Of a stretch of DNA of 58,126 nt, positions 29,906 through 40,893 are shown one piece after another; the stretch's first letter is position 1; each line of letters starts with the position of its first letter. A model generated the notes under the pieces. The model searched no databases, was not told the origin of the DNA, and saw only the letters and a list, made by a program, of their open reading frames with translations. A program made the translations under genes and the position numbers. This DNA is from Dehalococcoidia bacterium (GTDB taxonomy: Bacteria > Chloroflexota > Dehalococcoidia > Lucifugimonadales > GCA-2712585), in assembly GCA_034420855.1 (NCBI GenBank), contig DAOUKX010000016.1, positions 1-58,126 on the forward strand. The letters run 5' to 3'.

Positions 29906-30463
29906 CTAGCCGTCCTCAACCGGGTAGGGAGGTTCCGCCAGCAGACGTTCCAGCACGTCCACCCAGGAGTTATGGACGATGTACAGGTTGTCCCTGGGGT
30001 CCTCAACGGAGATGTAGTAACCGTCCTGAGAGGGCGTCAGGTCGCCGATGTTGATCACCACCGCCTGCCCGCTTTCGGAGGTGGCAGTTATGATGGTCCG
30101 GACCGGATCAAGGCCGTAGGAGGACCTGTCTCCCAGCAGCGCCCTCTCCTCTTCCGTCTCCATCAGGTCTTCCTGAACGGCGGGACCGCTCAGCAGCGAG
30201 GGAACGCCGCCCCAGCGACCGATGTCTACCTCCTGGTCTTCTTCATCCCCCTCGCCCACAATGTGCCAGGTGCTCCCCCGCTTATCGAAGGTAATCGTCT
30301 CTTCGCCCTGTGTGATAACCACGTTGGTGACATCCTGAATCCGGTACAGCCTCGAAGGACGCGTGTCCGTCGTATCATCCACGCGAAGGATCTGGGTAAC
30401 GGCAACCAGCCCGCCAATCAGGATGAGAAGGACCACCAGTACGATTGTAAATCTAGCGCTCAT
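29906..30463 (-). CDS. membrane-anchored DUF4340-like protein
   Basis: N-terminal TM segment 'FTIVLVVLLILIGGLVAV'. It occupies the usual position downstream of gldG-like genes. Family call is by context. Confidence 0.5.
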   Translation of the reverse strand: MSARFTIVLVVLLILIGGLVAVTQILRVDDTTDTRPSRLYRIQDVTNVVITQGEETITFDKRGSTWHIVGEGDEEDQEVDIGRWGGVPSLLSGPAVQEDLMETEEERALLGDRSSYGLDPVRTIITATSESGQAVVINIGDLTPSQDGYYISVEDPRDNLYIVHNSWVDVLERLLAEPPYPVEDG

Positions 30464-30558
30464 AGGTGTTTTCTCTCCTGGAAATAACCACCGTTTCTGA
30501 CATCAATCCTTGTACGAGAGCCTATCTTGGCTTTTCATGGATAAGAAACTCCTGGAAA

Positions 30559-32412
30559 TTACCGGCGCACCCACCATACCAGGATTCCTGCAAAGGCCAT
30601 GAGGATGGGGAGCAGGAACCAGCTTGTGTATCGTATCACGTTGAACTCGTTGGGCGTTGCAATCAACTCCCGCTGCGGCACGAGCTTGGGCCGTATGTTG
30701 ATGAGCGAAACGTCTCCCACCAGGTAGTTGGCGGAGTTCAGGAACAGGCCCGCGTTGTCGGCGCTGTTGAAGTGTTCGTTGGTGGCGAAGTCGGAATCTC
30801 CCACCACTATGAAGGAACCCCTGTCGGGAACGTCTTCCGTCTGGACAATCTCCTCTCCAATGGGCCCGTAGGTGTTCACGTAGGCCAGGGGTACGAAGGG
30901 CCCCGCCCTGTCCTCGTCTTCGTTGGGTTCCGTCCGGGTCGGGTCGTCGATTACCCAGCTGCCGCTTGACGTTATGGCCAGCGCCTCCGGGGATATCAGG
31001 GGGAACGGCTGCTCGTTCCAGGTGAAAGTGGCTACGTCATAGCAGAGCAGCATTCCCTGGAGGCCGCCTATGGCCCACTGGCCGATGCAGTCCTGGTCGC
31101 TGGGCGGGTCGTTTTCCCCGTACACTTCCGGGGGCAGCCTCTCGAAGGAAGGCTCCAGGGACGCGACGCCGGGGAAGAAAGTCCTTCCCAGTACCTGGGT
31201 GAAGGGGTAGTTGGGGTTGTGCTGGCTGATGAAGGGCGTTCTGTGCTCACCGATGAAATCCTGCTGGTCGATGATGTTGCCCTGACCGAGGGTGAGTCCC
31301 CACCGCTGCAGGAACTCCCGGAAGCTCCCTGGGGTTTCCGGGTCGAGGAGCAGGAGCATCCTTCCCCCGTCCTTCATGTATTGGCTGAGGGCCTCTTCCT
31401 CGTCGGGCAGCAGGTTCTTCTGCGGCCCGGCAACCACAATCAGGGTTGGAGAAACGGCGTTTTCGTCCACCGACTCATCCTCGTCCTCGCCCGTTTGTCG
31501 GGGGGCAATGTTCTGAGTCTGCAGGTCCAGAGCGCGGATTTCGTATCCTTCAGCCCTGAGCGCTTCCGCCGCCACCAGGTAGCCTTCTTCTGTCTGCGTC
31601 GAGGGGTTTCGCTCCCCGTGGCCGACGAGGAAGTGTACGCTCCTTTCCTCCTCGCCCGTCACCAGCAGCAGGGGCGTCACAAAGTTCTGTTCCAGCAGGG
31701 GATTGGCGATGTACTGGTCCGGTTCGTCGGCAATGGGGTTGCCCGGGATGAACAGGGAGCCAAGGACCACTTCAACGGCGCCCGACTCCACGCCTTCGAA
31801 GGCCACCTGTCCGTGCTGGTTGACCCCGTAGTCACGGGCCCGGGTGGGTTCCACGTCCAGGTTGACTAACTCATAGGAGAACCGGTCCGAGCGCACGTCG
31901 AACTCGTGGAGCATGTTCTCCACCACTTCCAGGCTCTCTTCCTGGTCCAGGTTGTTTCTGTCGAAGAAGGCGACGGCCCGCACATCCTCCTCCAGGTTGT
32001 TCAGAATCTCCACCGTGCGAGGGGCTAGGGTGAACTGCTTTGTGCTTGTTACGTCCAGCCGCCCTGGATTATCGAAGGCCACGAAGTTCAGAATCGCCAC
32101 GATGGCCACGAAGGCCAGAATCATCAATATGGTGTTTGCGCCGTAGCGCCCCTGCCGGCCCGAGACGGACTCGGCCAGCCGGCGGCGGGAGACAATCAGC
32201 GACGTGATGAGGAGCACCAGTCCCAGTCCCAGCAGGATGTAGCTGAAGATGCGGGACCCTGGCACCAGCACCAGCAGCACTAGGCTGAGGGCTACGCTGA
32301 AAATTCCTAGGAAGACGGAAACGGAGCTGAGGGCCCCGATGTCCCTGCCTACGTTCCTAATGGCGTCCAGCACGGTGCCGGACGTTTGCTCGTCATACGG
32401 TCGGCGGTTCAA
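30559..32412 (-). CDS. GldG-family ABC-transporter auxiliary protein
   Basis: 617 aa with N- and C-terminal TM anchors and a large extracytoplasmic domain. Lies immediately downstream of the ABC-2 permease. Confidence 0.7.
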   Translation of the reverse strand: MNRRPYDEQTSGTVLDAIRNVGRDIGALSSVSVFLGIFSVALSLVLLVLVPGSRIFSYILLGLGLVLLITSLIVSRRRLAESVSGRQGRYGANTILMILAFVAIVAILNFVAFDNPGRLDVTSTKQFTLAPRTVEILNNLEEDVRAVAFFDRNNLDQEESLEVVENMLHEFDVRSDRFSYELVNLDVEPTRARDYGVNQHGQVAFEGVESGAVEVVLGSLFIPGNPIADEPDQYIANPLLEQNFVTPLLLVTGEEERSVHFLVGHGERNPSTQTEEGYLVAAEALRAEGYEIRALDLQTQNIAPRQTGEDEDESVDENAVSPTLIVVAGPQKNLLPDEEEALSQYMKDGGRMLLLLDPETPGSFREFLQRWGLTLGQGNIIDQQDFIGEHRTPFISQHNPNYPFTQVLGRTFFPGVASLEPSFERLPPEVYGENDPPSDQDCIGQWAIGGLQGMLLCYDVATFTWNEQPFPLISPEALAITSSGSWVIDDPTRTEPNEDEDRAGPFVPLAYVNTYGPIGEEIVQTEDVPDRGSFIVVGDSDFATNEHFNSADNAGLFLNSANYLVGDVSLINIRPKLVPQRELIATPNEFNVIRYTSWFLLPILMAFAGILVWWVRR

Positions 32413-32413
32413 G

Positions 32414-33145
32414 CTATCTCCAACGCCGGGTCTCCAGGGACCGGACGGTCAGGAACAGGAATACCGCCGTCAGGCTGATGTAGTAGACGATGTTGCCAGT
32501 GTCTATCACTCCGCGGATAAAGTCGTCGAAGTGGGTGGTCATGCCCATCTGCCCAACGATGGTCGCGGTCACCCCCGTCACCTGGTCTGCGGCCACCTCC
32601 AGGAAGGTAAGCAGCACCAGTATGCCCAGCGACATGACGGCGGCTACTATCTGGTTGCTGGTAAAAGACGACGCGAGCAGTCCGACGGCTATGGCTGCCC
32701 CGCCGTACAGAATTATCCCCAGGTAGCCGCTGAGCAGCGGGCCCATGTCCGGGTTGCCCCGCCACTCCAGCATGAGCACGTACCAGAAGGTGAGCGCCAG
32801 GGTGGCGATGAAGAAGGTCATGGCCGCTAAGAACTTGCCCAGCACCACTTCCCAGTCGCGCACCGGCGAAGTCAGCAGCAGTTCGATGGTGCCAATCTTC
32901 TGCTCCTCCGCCAGCAGCCTCATGGTCAGCACGGGGGCCAGCCAGGGCAGGATGAATATGGAAATCTGCGTCAGAGTCTCCCTCATGCTGGCTTCGGGGA
33001 AGTTAGCCCCGGTGAGAATGGAGTCCACGCTGCGCACGAAGAAATAGCCCGCAAGGGCCACGAAAATCAGGGCTACCACGTAGGCAACGGGGCTGGTGAA
33101 ATAGCCCCGTATCTCCTTCCACGCGATGGCCAGGGTGTTTCTCAT
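32414..33145 (-). CDS. ABC-2 type transporter permease
   Basis: 243 aa, about 6 TM. Overlaps the ATPase gene by 4 nt. Confidence 0.8.
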   Translation of the reverse strand: MRNTLAIAWKEIRGYFTSPVAYVVALIFVALAGYFFVRSVDSILTGANFPEASMRETLTQISIFILPWLAPVLTMRLLAEEQKIGTIELLLTSPVRDWEVVLGKFLAAMTFFIATLALTFWYVLMLEWRGNPDMGPLLSGYLGIILYGGAAIAVGLLASSFTSNQIVAAVMSLGILVLLTFLEVAADQVTGVTATIVGQMGMTTHFDDFIRGVIDTGNIVYYISLTAVFLFLTVRSLETRRWR

Positions 33146-34095
33146 GTTGCCACGTCTTCCTCTGTGGTGAGCTTCAGGAAAATCTCCTCTAGGCTCATGC
33201 TCACCAGCTGAAGGTTTAGCAGTGACCAGCCGTTGTTGACGATTATCCTGGAAACGGTGGGCCGCAGGTCCAGCCCGCGCCGCGCCTGGATCTTGAAGAT
33301 GTTATGGTTCGGGTTGTCGGTGGCTATGGTGACTTCCCGCACTCCCCGGATCTTGACCAGCGCCTCCGCCACCTCGGCGGGAGGCCCCTGCACTTCCGCC
33401 TCCAGCCGCTCCACGCCCTGCAGCTTGTTGGCCAGGTCGCGGGGCGTGTCTTCCGCCACTATGGACCCTTCGTGGATTATCAGCACCCGGTTGCACAGCA
33501 TGCTGACCTCCGGCAGGATGTGGGTGCTCAGAATCACCGTGTGGCTGCCTGAAAGGTCCTTGATGAGCTGCCGTGTCTCCACTACCTGGATGGGGTCGAT
33601 GCCTATGGTCGGCTCGTCCAGGATGAGCACGTCCGGCTCGTGAAGCACGGCCTGGGCGATGCCAACCCGCTGACGGAAACCCTTGGAGAGCTTGCCGATG
33701 TGGCTGCGTCGGTAGTCACCCAGCCGGCAGGCGTCGATAACCTCTCCCGTGCGGACCTTGATGCGCTTCGAGTCCATCCCGCGGATGGTCCCCATGAAGC
33801 CAAGGTAGCTTTCCACGGTCATATCCGTGTAGAGGGGCACCGTCTCCGGCAGATAGCCGATGTGGGCCCGCGCCTCCCGAGACTTGTCCACCAAGTCGTA
33901 GCCTGCCACGGAAGCCGTACCGGAAGTGGGGGGCAGGAAACCGGTAATTATCCGCATAGTCGTGGTCTTCCCGGCCCCGTTGGGCCCCAGGAATCCGACG
34001 ATTTCCCCCCGCTTCACCTCGAAGTTTACATCTTCGATGGCGGGGAAGTTCCCGTAATACTTGGTGAGGTTGTTGACCTCAACCATGCCGGCCAT
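33142..34095 (-). CDS. ABC transporter ATP-binding protein
   Basis: Walker A 'GPNGAGKTTT', signature 'LSKGFRQRV', Walker B 'LILDEPT'. Confidence 0.9.
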   Translation of the reverse strand: MAGMVEVNNLTKYYGNFPAIEDVNFEVKRGEIVGFLGPNGAGKTTTMRIITGFLPPTSGTASVAGYDLVDKSREARAHIGYLPETVPLYTDMTVESYLGFMGTIRGMDSKRIKVRTGEVIDACRLGDYRRSHIGKLSKGFRQRVGIAQAVLHEPDVLILDEPTIGIDPIQVVETRQLIKDLSGSHTVILSTHILPEVSMLCNRVLIIHEGSIVAEDTPRDLANKLQGVERLEAEVQGPPAEVAEALVKIRGVREVTIATDNPNHNIFKIQARRGLDLRPTVSRIIVNNGWSLLNLQLVSMSLEEIFLKLTTEEDVAT

Positions 34096-34237
34096 AGACC
34101 GCTACCCCGTTTCCTTAAAAATTGCACAAAACGATTTCCGTTGTCGGAACGCGGTGCAAATGATATTCTATAACACTCAACTTTGACAAACATTAAGAGC
34201 GGCTACATATATACCAGTTTTTTGATGGTGATGCCAG

Positions 34238-34651
34238 TTGCACCTGCTCATTGACGGTTACGGCGCCGACCCTGAACGGCTTTGGGACCAGTCCTTCCTC
34301 CGCAATTTCCTGGACGAATACCCCGTACGGCTGGGTATGACCAAGATTACCCGGCCAAAGGTGCTGCGATACAACGCGCCCGTGGAGGCCGACTCCGGCA
34401 TCACCGGGTTCGTGGTAATTGCCGAAAGCCACATCAGCGTCCACACCTTCCCTCACCGCCGATACGTGAACATTGACATTTTCTCCTGCAAGAGCTTCGA
34501 CAACCGGAAGGCCCTGGAGGAGGTCCAACAGCTTTTTGGCCTGCAGCGGGTGAAGTCGTGGCTGATAGACCGGGGTCTTGAGCACTACGATCCCCAGATG
34601 TGCATACCCGGCCTGGCGGCTTCCGGCGCCGTCCGAACCTCCAATGCCTGA
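34238..34651 (+). CDS. speD: S-adenosylmethionine decarboxylase proenzyme (small bacterial/archaeal type)
   Basis: Self-cleavage motif 'VIAESHISVHTFP'. TTG start from the ORF track. Confidence 0.85.
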   Translation: MHLLIDGYGADPERLWDQSFLRNFLDEYPVRLGMTKITRPKVLRYNAPVEADSGITGFVVIAESHISVHTFPHRRYVNIDIFSCKSFDNRKALEEVQQLFGLQRVKSWLIDRGLEHYDPQMCIPGLAASGAVRTSNA

Positions 34652-34660
34652 GTCGACGCC

Positions 34661-35641
34661 ATGACCGTCGACGAAGCGGCCCCCTGGGTCCCCAGCAACT
34701 TCCTGGCCCTGACTCCTGAGCAGAGCGATCTCGAAACCGCCGCCGCCGTCCTAATTCCCGTTCCCTACGACAGCACCACCTCCTACCGTACGGGCGCACG
34801 GTACGGCCCCGCCGCGATAATCTCCGCCTCCTACAATCTGGAGGACTACGACCACGAGTTGGACGTGGACCTCTCAGAGGCGGGCATCCACACCACCGCC
34901 GCCCTGGAACCCCACATGGCAGGCCCCGACGCCATGATTCGGCGCGTTTCTCAGGCCGTCGAAAGCTATGACGACGGTCGTAGACTGGTGGGACTTCTGG
35001 GGGGCGAACACACCGTTGCCGTGGGGGCAGTGCGGGCGATGAAGCATCGCCGCCCTGGTCTCTCCGTGCTGTACCTGGATGCCCACGGCGACCTGCGCGA
35101 CACCTATATGGACACACCCTACAGCCACGCCTGCGTGGCCCGGCGGTTGATGGAAGTCTGTCCCGTGGTACAGGTGGGCGTTCGCAGCCTCAACAGGGAG
35201 GAGTTCGTCATCACCCGTAATCCTCCACCTAACCTGCGAACCTTCCTGTGGAACTCAGAAACACCCAGGCTGCCTGAACTCAACGACATTCTCGACCGGC
35301 TCACGGAGGAGGTCTACGTCAGCATAGACCTGGACGCGTTGGATCCATCGTTGATGCCCGCAGTCGGCACGCCGGAGCCCGGCGGCATGGGCTGGGGACA
35401 CCTGATGCAGCTAATCGACGCCGTTGCCCACCATCGCCGCATCGTTGGTTTCGACGTGGTGGAGCTTAGTCCCAACGAAGGCCCCCACGCCTGCGCTTAC
35501 ACCGCCGCCAAGCTGGTGTACAAGCTAATCGGCAGCGCCCTTGCTCACAGCGCCCCCGTCATTAGGCAGTCTATAGAAGCGGTTCGTGAGCCTGCCTCTG
35601 TCGCCAATCCAAGGGCTACGGGCGCATTCGGTCAGGGGTAA
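34661..35641 (+). CDS. speB: agmatinase (arginase family)
   Basis: Metal-binding motifs 'GGEHTV', 'LDAHGDL' and 'SIDLDALDPS'. Confidence 0.85.
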   Translation: MTVDEAAPWVPSNFLALTPEQSDLETAAAVLIPVPYDSTTSYRTGARYGPAAIISASYNLEDYDHELDVDLSEAGIHTTAALEPHMAGPDAMIRRVSQAVESYDDGRRLVGLLGGEHTVAVGAVRAMKHRRPGLSVLYLDAHGDLRDTYMDTPYSHACVARRLMEVCPVVQVGVRSLNREEFVITRNPPPNLRTFLWNSETPRLPELNDILDRLTEEVYVSIDLDALDPSLMPAVGTPEPGGMGWGHLMQLIDAVAHHRRIVGFDVVELSPNEGPHACAYTAAKLVYKLIGSALAHSAPVIRQSIEAVREPASVANPRATGAFGQG

Positions 35642-35645
35642 GAAA

Positions 35646-36758
35646 ATGGGCGGAAACATAAGCCTTGGCCGAATCTTCGGCATCCCGCTGAACATCAGCT
35701 ATAGCTGGTTCATCATCCTGGCCCTGGTGACCTTCCTGCTGGCCAACCGGATGGGAGACCGCTACCCTTTCTGGTCGACGGCGGAGCAGTGGCTGGTGGG
35801 CGCCGCCGCGTCTATCCTCTTTTTTGTTTCCGTCCTCATCCACGAACTCTCCCACAGCGTCCTAGCCATCAACCGGGGCATACCCGTCAAAGGGATTACC
35901 CTGTTTATCTTCGGTGGCATCTCCCATATCGGAAGGGAGGCACGGACGCCCCTGGTGGAGTTCATCATTGCTGGCGTTGGCCCCCTGTCCAGCTTCATTC
36001 TCGCTGCCGCCTTCTACGGCGCATACGAGCTGTTCAAGGACGCCAGCGTTCACCTGGGTGAGATGGCCATTACCCTGGCCTTCATCAACGTTTCGCTGGC
36101 CCTGTTCAACCTGCTGCCGGGGTTCCCCCTGGACGGAGGTCGGGTGCTCCGATCAATAATCTGGGGCATAACCGGCAACTACTGGCAGTCCACCTTCCTT
36201 GCTGCACGCGGCGGGCAGATAGTAGCCGGACTGATGATTGTCGGCGGGCTGGCAATGCTGCTCTTGCTGAGGGAGTTCCAGGGCATCTGGCTGGCGGCCA
36301 TCGGCTGGTTCCTGGCCATGGCCGCAGGCGGAAGCCTGAGCCAGTTCAAGCTCCGGAAGCGGCTGGACGGTTTCCACGCCGAGGACCTCATGTCCACCGC
36401 CATCGAGACCGTACCGCCCGGCATAAGCCTGGAGACGCTGGCCACGGAGTACGTCCTCCAGAGCCGTCAGGACGTCTATTTCGTCACGCGGGACGAACAG
36501 GTCCTGGGAATGATCACCTTCCGGGCCGCCTCCCGGGTGCCCCGGAATAGATGGTCCATGACAACCGTTGAGGAAACGATGATGCAGGCGGAGAACATTC
36601 CCGTAATCCCGCCCGACGTCGACGCCCTTCAGGCTATGGAGCTTATAGAGTCGCGACGCTTCCCCGTCGTGCTGGTAATGAAGGATGGAGAACTCCTCGG
36701 CTACGTGACCCAGAAAGCCGCCATGCACAACCTGGACGTGCTGGAGTCGCTGAAGTAG
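35646..36758 (+). CDS. site-2 (M50) metalloprotease with C-terminal CBS pair
   Basis: 'IHELSHS' HExxH motif within a TM helix, plus 'NLLPGFPLDGG'. Start at the in-frame ATG at 35646; the ORF-track 35586 start would overlap speB. Confidence 0.85.
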   Translation: MGGNISLGRIFGIPLNISYSWFIILALVTFLLANRMGDRYPFWSTAEQWLVGAAASILFFVSVLIHELSHSVLAINRGIPVKGITLFIFGGISHIGREARTPLVEFIIAGVGPLSSFILAAAFYGAYELFKDASVHLGEMAITLAFINVSLALFNLLPGFPLDGGRVLRSIIWGITGNYWQSTFLAARGGQIVAGLMIVGGLAMLLLLREFQGIWLAAIGWFLAMAAGGSLSQFKLRKRLDGFHAEDLMSTAIETVPPGISLETLATEYVLQSRQDVYFVTRDEQVLGMITFRAASRVPRNRWSMTTVEETMMQAENIPVIPPDVDALQAMELIESRRFPVVLVMKDGELLGYVTQKAAMHNLDVLESLK

Positions 36759-36824
36759 TCTCTCTTCAAACTTCCAACTTAGCCCTGTGCTACAATATCT
36801 CCCCAGTTTTGCGACTCTAAGGCT

Positions 36825-38021
36825 ATGACTACCCCCGAACACGTCATATACATGGACCATGCCGGCACCACGCCCCTTGATCGCCGTGTGCTGGAGTTCA
36901 TGCTGCCCTACATGACTCAGCTATTCGGCAATCCCTCCAGTATTCACACCGTCGGCCAGGAGGCCAAGAAGGCTCTCGCCGACGCCCGCGATACCGTGGC
37001 CCGCATTCTCGGTTGCCGCACCAGCGAGGTGATCTTCACCAGCGGCGGAACCGAGTCTGACAACGCTGCCCTCCGCGGCGTGGTCGACGCCCTAAAGCCC
37101 ACGGGACGCCACGTCATCACCACCGCCGTCGAGCACCACGCCGTGCTCCACACCTGTCAGTACCTGGAGGACTCCGGCTTCGACGTTACCTACCTGCCGG
37201 TTGACGAGCACGGCCTCGTCACCCCTGAGCAGGTGGCGGCAGCGGTCACCGACGAGACAATCCTGGTGTCGGTGATGCTGGCCAACAACGAGGTCGGCAG
37301 CATCCAGCCCATCCCCGAAATCGCCCGGGCGGTGAAGGATCGGGCGCGGGAGCTGGATCGGACAGTCGTGGTCCACACCGACGCCGTGCAGGCCGCGGGG
37401 TTCCTCGATCTGAACGTGCGAAAGCTGGGAGTGGACATGCTGAGCCTGTCTGCCCACAAATTCTACGGGCCAAAGGGGGTCGGACTGCTCTTCATCCGCA
37501 GGGGCGCCCCGTGGCTGCCCCAGCAGCTAGGCGGCAGCCAGGAGAGGGAGCGTCGCTCCGGCACGGAGAACGTGGCAGGCATCTGCGGCATGGCCATGGC
37601 CCTGGAACTCGCCCACGCCGAAAGGGAGAGGGTGAGCGCCCGCTGCGCCGCCCTGCGGGATAGAATCATTGACGGTATCCGCGAGGCTATTCCCAACGCG
37701 AAGCTCAACGGACACCCGACCAACAGGCTTCCCAACAACGTCAACTTCTCCTTCGAAGGGGTGGAGGGCGAGCCCATCCTGCTCGGACTGGACATGGCCG
37801 GCATCTGCGCCTCCAGCGGCAGCGCCTGTTCCTCCGGTTCGCTGGAGCCTTCCCACGTGCTTCTTGCCCTTGGACAGTCGGCAGATCTGGCCCGTGGAAG
37901 CCTGCGTATAACCCTCGGCAAACACAACACCATAGAGGAGGTAGACTACCTGCTGAGTACCCTGGCAAATCTGGTCAATATACTGCGCCAGATGCCCTCC
38001 CTCAGCGCTACAGGTATGTGA
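36825..38021 (+). CDS. cysteine desulfurase (NifS/IscS family)
   Basis: PLP-lysine '[10 protein letters not shown]' and active-site loop 'SSGSACSSG'. Confidence 0.9.
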   Translation: MTTPEHVIYMDHAGTTPLDRRVLEFMLPYMTQLFGNPSSIHTVGQEAKKALADARDTVARILGCRTSEVIFTSGGTESDNAALRGVVDALKPTGRHVITTAVEHHAVLHTCQYLEDSGFDVTYLPVDEHGLVTPEQVAAAVTDETILVSVMLANNEVGSIQPIPEIARAVKDRARELDRTVVVHTDAVQAAGFLDLNVRKLGVDMLSLSAHKFYGPKGVGLLFIRRGAPWLPQQLGGSQERERRSGTENVAGICGMAMALELAHAERERVSARCAALRDRIIDGIREAIPNAKLNGHPTNRLPNNVNFSFEGVEGEPILLGLDMAGICASSGSACSSGSLEPSHVLLALGQSADLARGSLRITLGKHNTIEEVDYLLSTLANLVNILRQMPSLSATGM

Positions 38022-38035
38022 TACCCTACTACGCT

Positions 38036-38953
38036 ATGAAATATCTGAAGAATACCCCCGTCAAGATAACCGCTATCTTCCTGTGTCTCATGCTGGCGTC
38101 CTTGCTCACGGCTTCCTGTTTCGGAGGCACCTATGCCTTTCTGGGCCGCACCTACCAGGGCGCCATCCTGCAGGTCACCCTGGAGCAGATAGTGATTCTA
38201 GATGAGGTGGCCTTCACCGAGGAGCCGGAGGCCATCAGGGAGATAGTCTTCCAGCGAGGCGAGACCGGCGGCAATGACGACTCCCTTGCCGGCACGTCAT
38301 GGACGCTGGAGTCCCTGGGCGAACTGGGTTCCCAGGATCCGGCCATATCCGGCGTCAACGTGACGTTGGAACTGCTGGAAGGCGGCGAATTGCGGGGCAA
38401 CGCAGGATGCAACAACTACTTCTCCAACAACTACAGCGCCGCTGGCGGCGTCTTTTCCGCCGGAGCCGTCGGTTCAACCAGACAGGCGTGTGCCGAACCC
38501 GCGGGCATCATGGAGCAGGAATCCCGGGTGCTGGATATGCTGGGCGAGGCCGAGTTCTTTACCGTCACCGGCAACACCCTCACCATGACCGTCCCCGGAC
38601 AGGTTGGGGACTACGTAATCAGACCCTCCAGCGAAGGGAACAAGCTCATGGTGGTTCGCGCGCGGATAGGCAACCACGCAGCCACGCGCGCCCAGCTGGA
38701 TATCGAAGCACTTCCGCCGGAAATGCGGCTGGACACCGGCAGGTTCAAGTCCATCAACACCTATGAGGCAGGTGTGCCCACCGAAGGCTTCCACGCCAAC
38801 AAGAACGTCTACGTTCCCTTTATTCGGGGGTCTCAGGCAGTGGAGAGAGGCTTCGAGCTGGACGGCTGGCTGATATTCGACGTACCCGAGGGTTCCCAGG
38901 TTGAGTCCTTCAAGTGGGAAGCTGGCGGGGACATCATCATCATAGACAACTAG
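38036..38953 (+). CDS. lipoprotein with META (HslJ-like) domain and DUF4352-like C-terminal domain
   Basis: Signal peptide plus lipobox 'LLTASC'. 'GNAGCNNYFSNNYSAAGG...STRQACAEP' is the META pattern. The ORF-track GTG is at 38018. Confidence 0.7.
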   Translation: MKYLKNTPVKITAIFLCLMLASLLTASCFGGTYAFLGRTYQGAILQVTLEQIVILDEVAFTEEPEAIREIVFQRGETGGNDDSLAGTSWTLESLGELGSQDPAISGVNVTLELLEGGELRGNAGCNNYFSNNYSAAGGVFSAGAVGSTRQACAEPAGIMEQESRVLDMLGEAEFFTVTGNTLTMTVPGQVGDYVIRPSSEGNKLMVVRARIGNHAATRAQLDIEALPPEMRLDTGRFKSINTYEAGVPTEGFHANKNVYVPFIRGSQAVERGFELDGWLIFDVPEGSQVESFKWEAGGDIIIIDN

Positions 38954-39051
38954 CCGCAGGGTGCCGCCGCCTCAATAAGGCGGTCTGCGATTCCTGCCGC
39001 GCGGTCAGTGGTTTGGGGTGTTGGAGAGGGGTTGAGTTCGGGTTTAGAGAC

Positions 39052-39141
39052 CTACCAGCCGGGACGCCGCTTTCCGCACTTCTTGCAAAACACGTCTCGC
39101 AAGGGTCCGTTTACCGTGCCACAAGCTTCGCAAGTCCACAT
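39052..39141 (-). CDS. 29-aa zinc-ribbon micro-protein (below the ORF-track cutoff)
   Basis: Minus strand reads AAGGAG-(9 nt)-ATG and encodes MWTCEACGTVNGPLRDVFCKKCGKRRPGW*, with a CxxC...CxxC pair. Confidence 0.5.
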   Translation of the reverse strand: MWTCEACGTVNGPLRDVFCKKCGKRRPGW

Positions 39142-39326
39142 GATTGATCCGCTCCTTTACTCTGGGATAGGGCGGGGACCAGACGGCTCGCAACGCACCT
39201 GTCCCCCGCAGGTTTGACTTGATTCTACCAACGGCCCTCAAAACCTAGCAACGGGCGTCTTCATATCAACCCTGCCAAGGGATTCCTGGGCGAAATAGGG
39301 AAAGAAAGAGTCTTTTGAAGTGAGGC

Positions 39327-40325
39327 TTAGACCTGGTCCTTCAGCCAGGGCATCATCGACCGGAGCTCCGAGCCCACCTTCTCCAGCGGGTGGTCCGCGT
39401 CCGTCTTTCTCAGCCTGTTGAACCGGGGACGCCCTTCGTCGTTCTCCGTAATCCACTCCCTGGCGAAGGCGCCGCTCTGGATGTCCGCCAACACCCGCTT
39501 CATGTTCTCCTTAACGTGCTCGTCCACCACCTGCGGTCCGCGGGAATAATCGCCATACTCCGCCGTGTCGCTTACCGAATAGCGCATGTAGTCCATGCCG
39601 CCCTGGTACATCAGGTCAACGATCAGCTTCAGCTCGTGGAGCACCTCGAAGTAGGCTGACTCCGGCTGGTATCCCGCCTCAACGAGGGTCTCGAAACCCG
39701 CCTTCACCAGGGAGGTTACTCCACCGCACAGCACCGCTTGCTCGCCGAACAGATCAGTCTCCGTCTCCTCTTTGAAGGTGGTGTCCAACACGCCTGCACG
39801 GGTGCAGCCGATGCCCTTGGCGTAGGCCAGGCCGATGTCGCGGGCGTTGCCGGATACGTCCTGGTGGATGGCCAGCAGTCCGGGCACGCCGGAGCCGCGG
39901 GTGAACACCTCGCGCATCCGGTGGCCGGGGGCCTTGGGCGCAACCATGGAAACGTCCACGTTCTCCGGCGGCGTCACCGTCTCGAAGTGGATGTTGAACC
40001 CGTGGGCAAACATGAGGGTCTTCCCTTCGTGAAGGTGGGGGAGCACGGAGTCCCGGTAGACCGAAGGCTGCGTGGTGTCCGGTATCAGCAGGGTGATGAT
40101 GTCAGAGGCTTGGGCGACCTCGGCGACGGTGGCCACCTCCAGCCCTTCCGCTTCCGCCTTGGCCTTGCTGGAACTTCCCTGGTAAAGGCCCACCATCACC
40201 TTGACGCCGCTGTCGTGCAGATTGAGGGCGTGGGCGTGGCCCTGGCTGCCGTAGCCAATGATACCGACGACTTTTCCGTCTAAGAGGGAAAGATCAGCGT
40301 CGTTGTCGTAATACATCGTTGCCAT
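39327..40325 (-). CDS. ilvC: ketol-acid reductoisomerase
   Basis: '[19 protein letters not shown]'. 332 aa, class I. Confidence 0.95.
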   Translation of the reverse strand: MATMYYDNDADLSLLDGKVVGIIGYGSQGHAHALNLHDSGVKVMVGLYQGSSSKAKAEAEGLEVATVAEVAQASDIITLLIPDTTQPSVYRDSVLPHLHEGKTLMFAHGFNIHFETVTPPENVDVSMVAPKAPGHRMREVFTRGSGVPGLLAIHQDVSGNARDIGLAYAKGIGCTRAGVLDTTFKEETETDLFGEQAVLCGGVTSLVKAGFETLVEAGYQPESAYFEVLHELKLIVDLMYQGGMDYMRYSVSDTAEYGDYSRGPQVVDEHVKENMKRVLADIQSGAFAREWITENDEGRPRFNRLRKTDADHPLEKVGSELRSMMPWLKDQV

Positions 40326-40368
40326 TGGATGAGTGTCTCCTTATTTGCGGATTGGCTTTGCCAGGGAG

Positions 40369-40893
40369 CTACATGGGCCCCGGCCATTGGGGCTGTTGGT
40401 GGTTGCGGGCCATTCCGCGCACCATGGCCACCCGGCCGGTGCGGATCATCTCGGTGATGCCAAAAGTGGAGAGGAGGTCTTTCAGGGACTGCACCGTATC
40501 CTCGTCCCCCGTCACCTCTACGATGAGGGAGTCCGGGGCCACGTCCACGATGTTGGCACGGTAGATGTCCACTATCTGTTGGATCTCCCCGCGGTTCGTG
40601 GCATTGCTGTTGACCCGGATGAGCGCAAGCTCCCGGGAAATCATCGCCCTCTCCGTGATGGGATGAACGTCCGCCACGTCGATGAGCTTGCGTAGCTGCT
40701 TGATTACCTGCTCTACGGTGGCGTCGTCCCCGTTGACCACGAAGGCCATGCGGGACATACCCAAGGTCTCCGACTGTCCCACCGCCAGGCTGACGATGTT
40801 GAAGTTCCGACGGCGGAACATGCTGGATATCCGGTTCAGGACACCCGGCCTGTCCCGCACCAGCGCAACGATGGTCGATTCGTTTCTGGCCAT
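40369..40893 (-). CDS. ilvN: acetolactate synthase small (regulatory) subunit
   Basis: ACT domain '[31 protein letters not shown]'. The ATG at 40893 forms ATGA with the ilvB stop; the longer ORF-track start would overlap ilvB. Confidence 0.9.
   Translation of the reverse strand: MARNESTIVALVRDRPGVLNRISSMFRRRNFNIVSLAVGQSETLGMSRMAFVVNGDDATVEQVIKQLRKLIDVADVHPITERAMISRELALIRVNSNATNRGEIQQIVDIYRANIVDVAPDSLIVEVTGDEDTVQSLKDLLSTFGITEMIRTGRVAMVRGMARNHQQPQWPGPM

Noticed and set aside
29906-34095. ABC-ATPase / ABC-2 permease / GldG / DUF4340 cluster as a gliding-motility or novel system.
   Set aside because: As far as I recall, this four-gene arrangement is a widespread, already described 'ABC-type uncharacterized transport system' found in many non-gliding bacteria. 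Nothing unusual was seen in the sequence.
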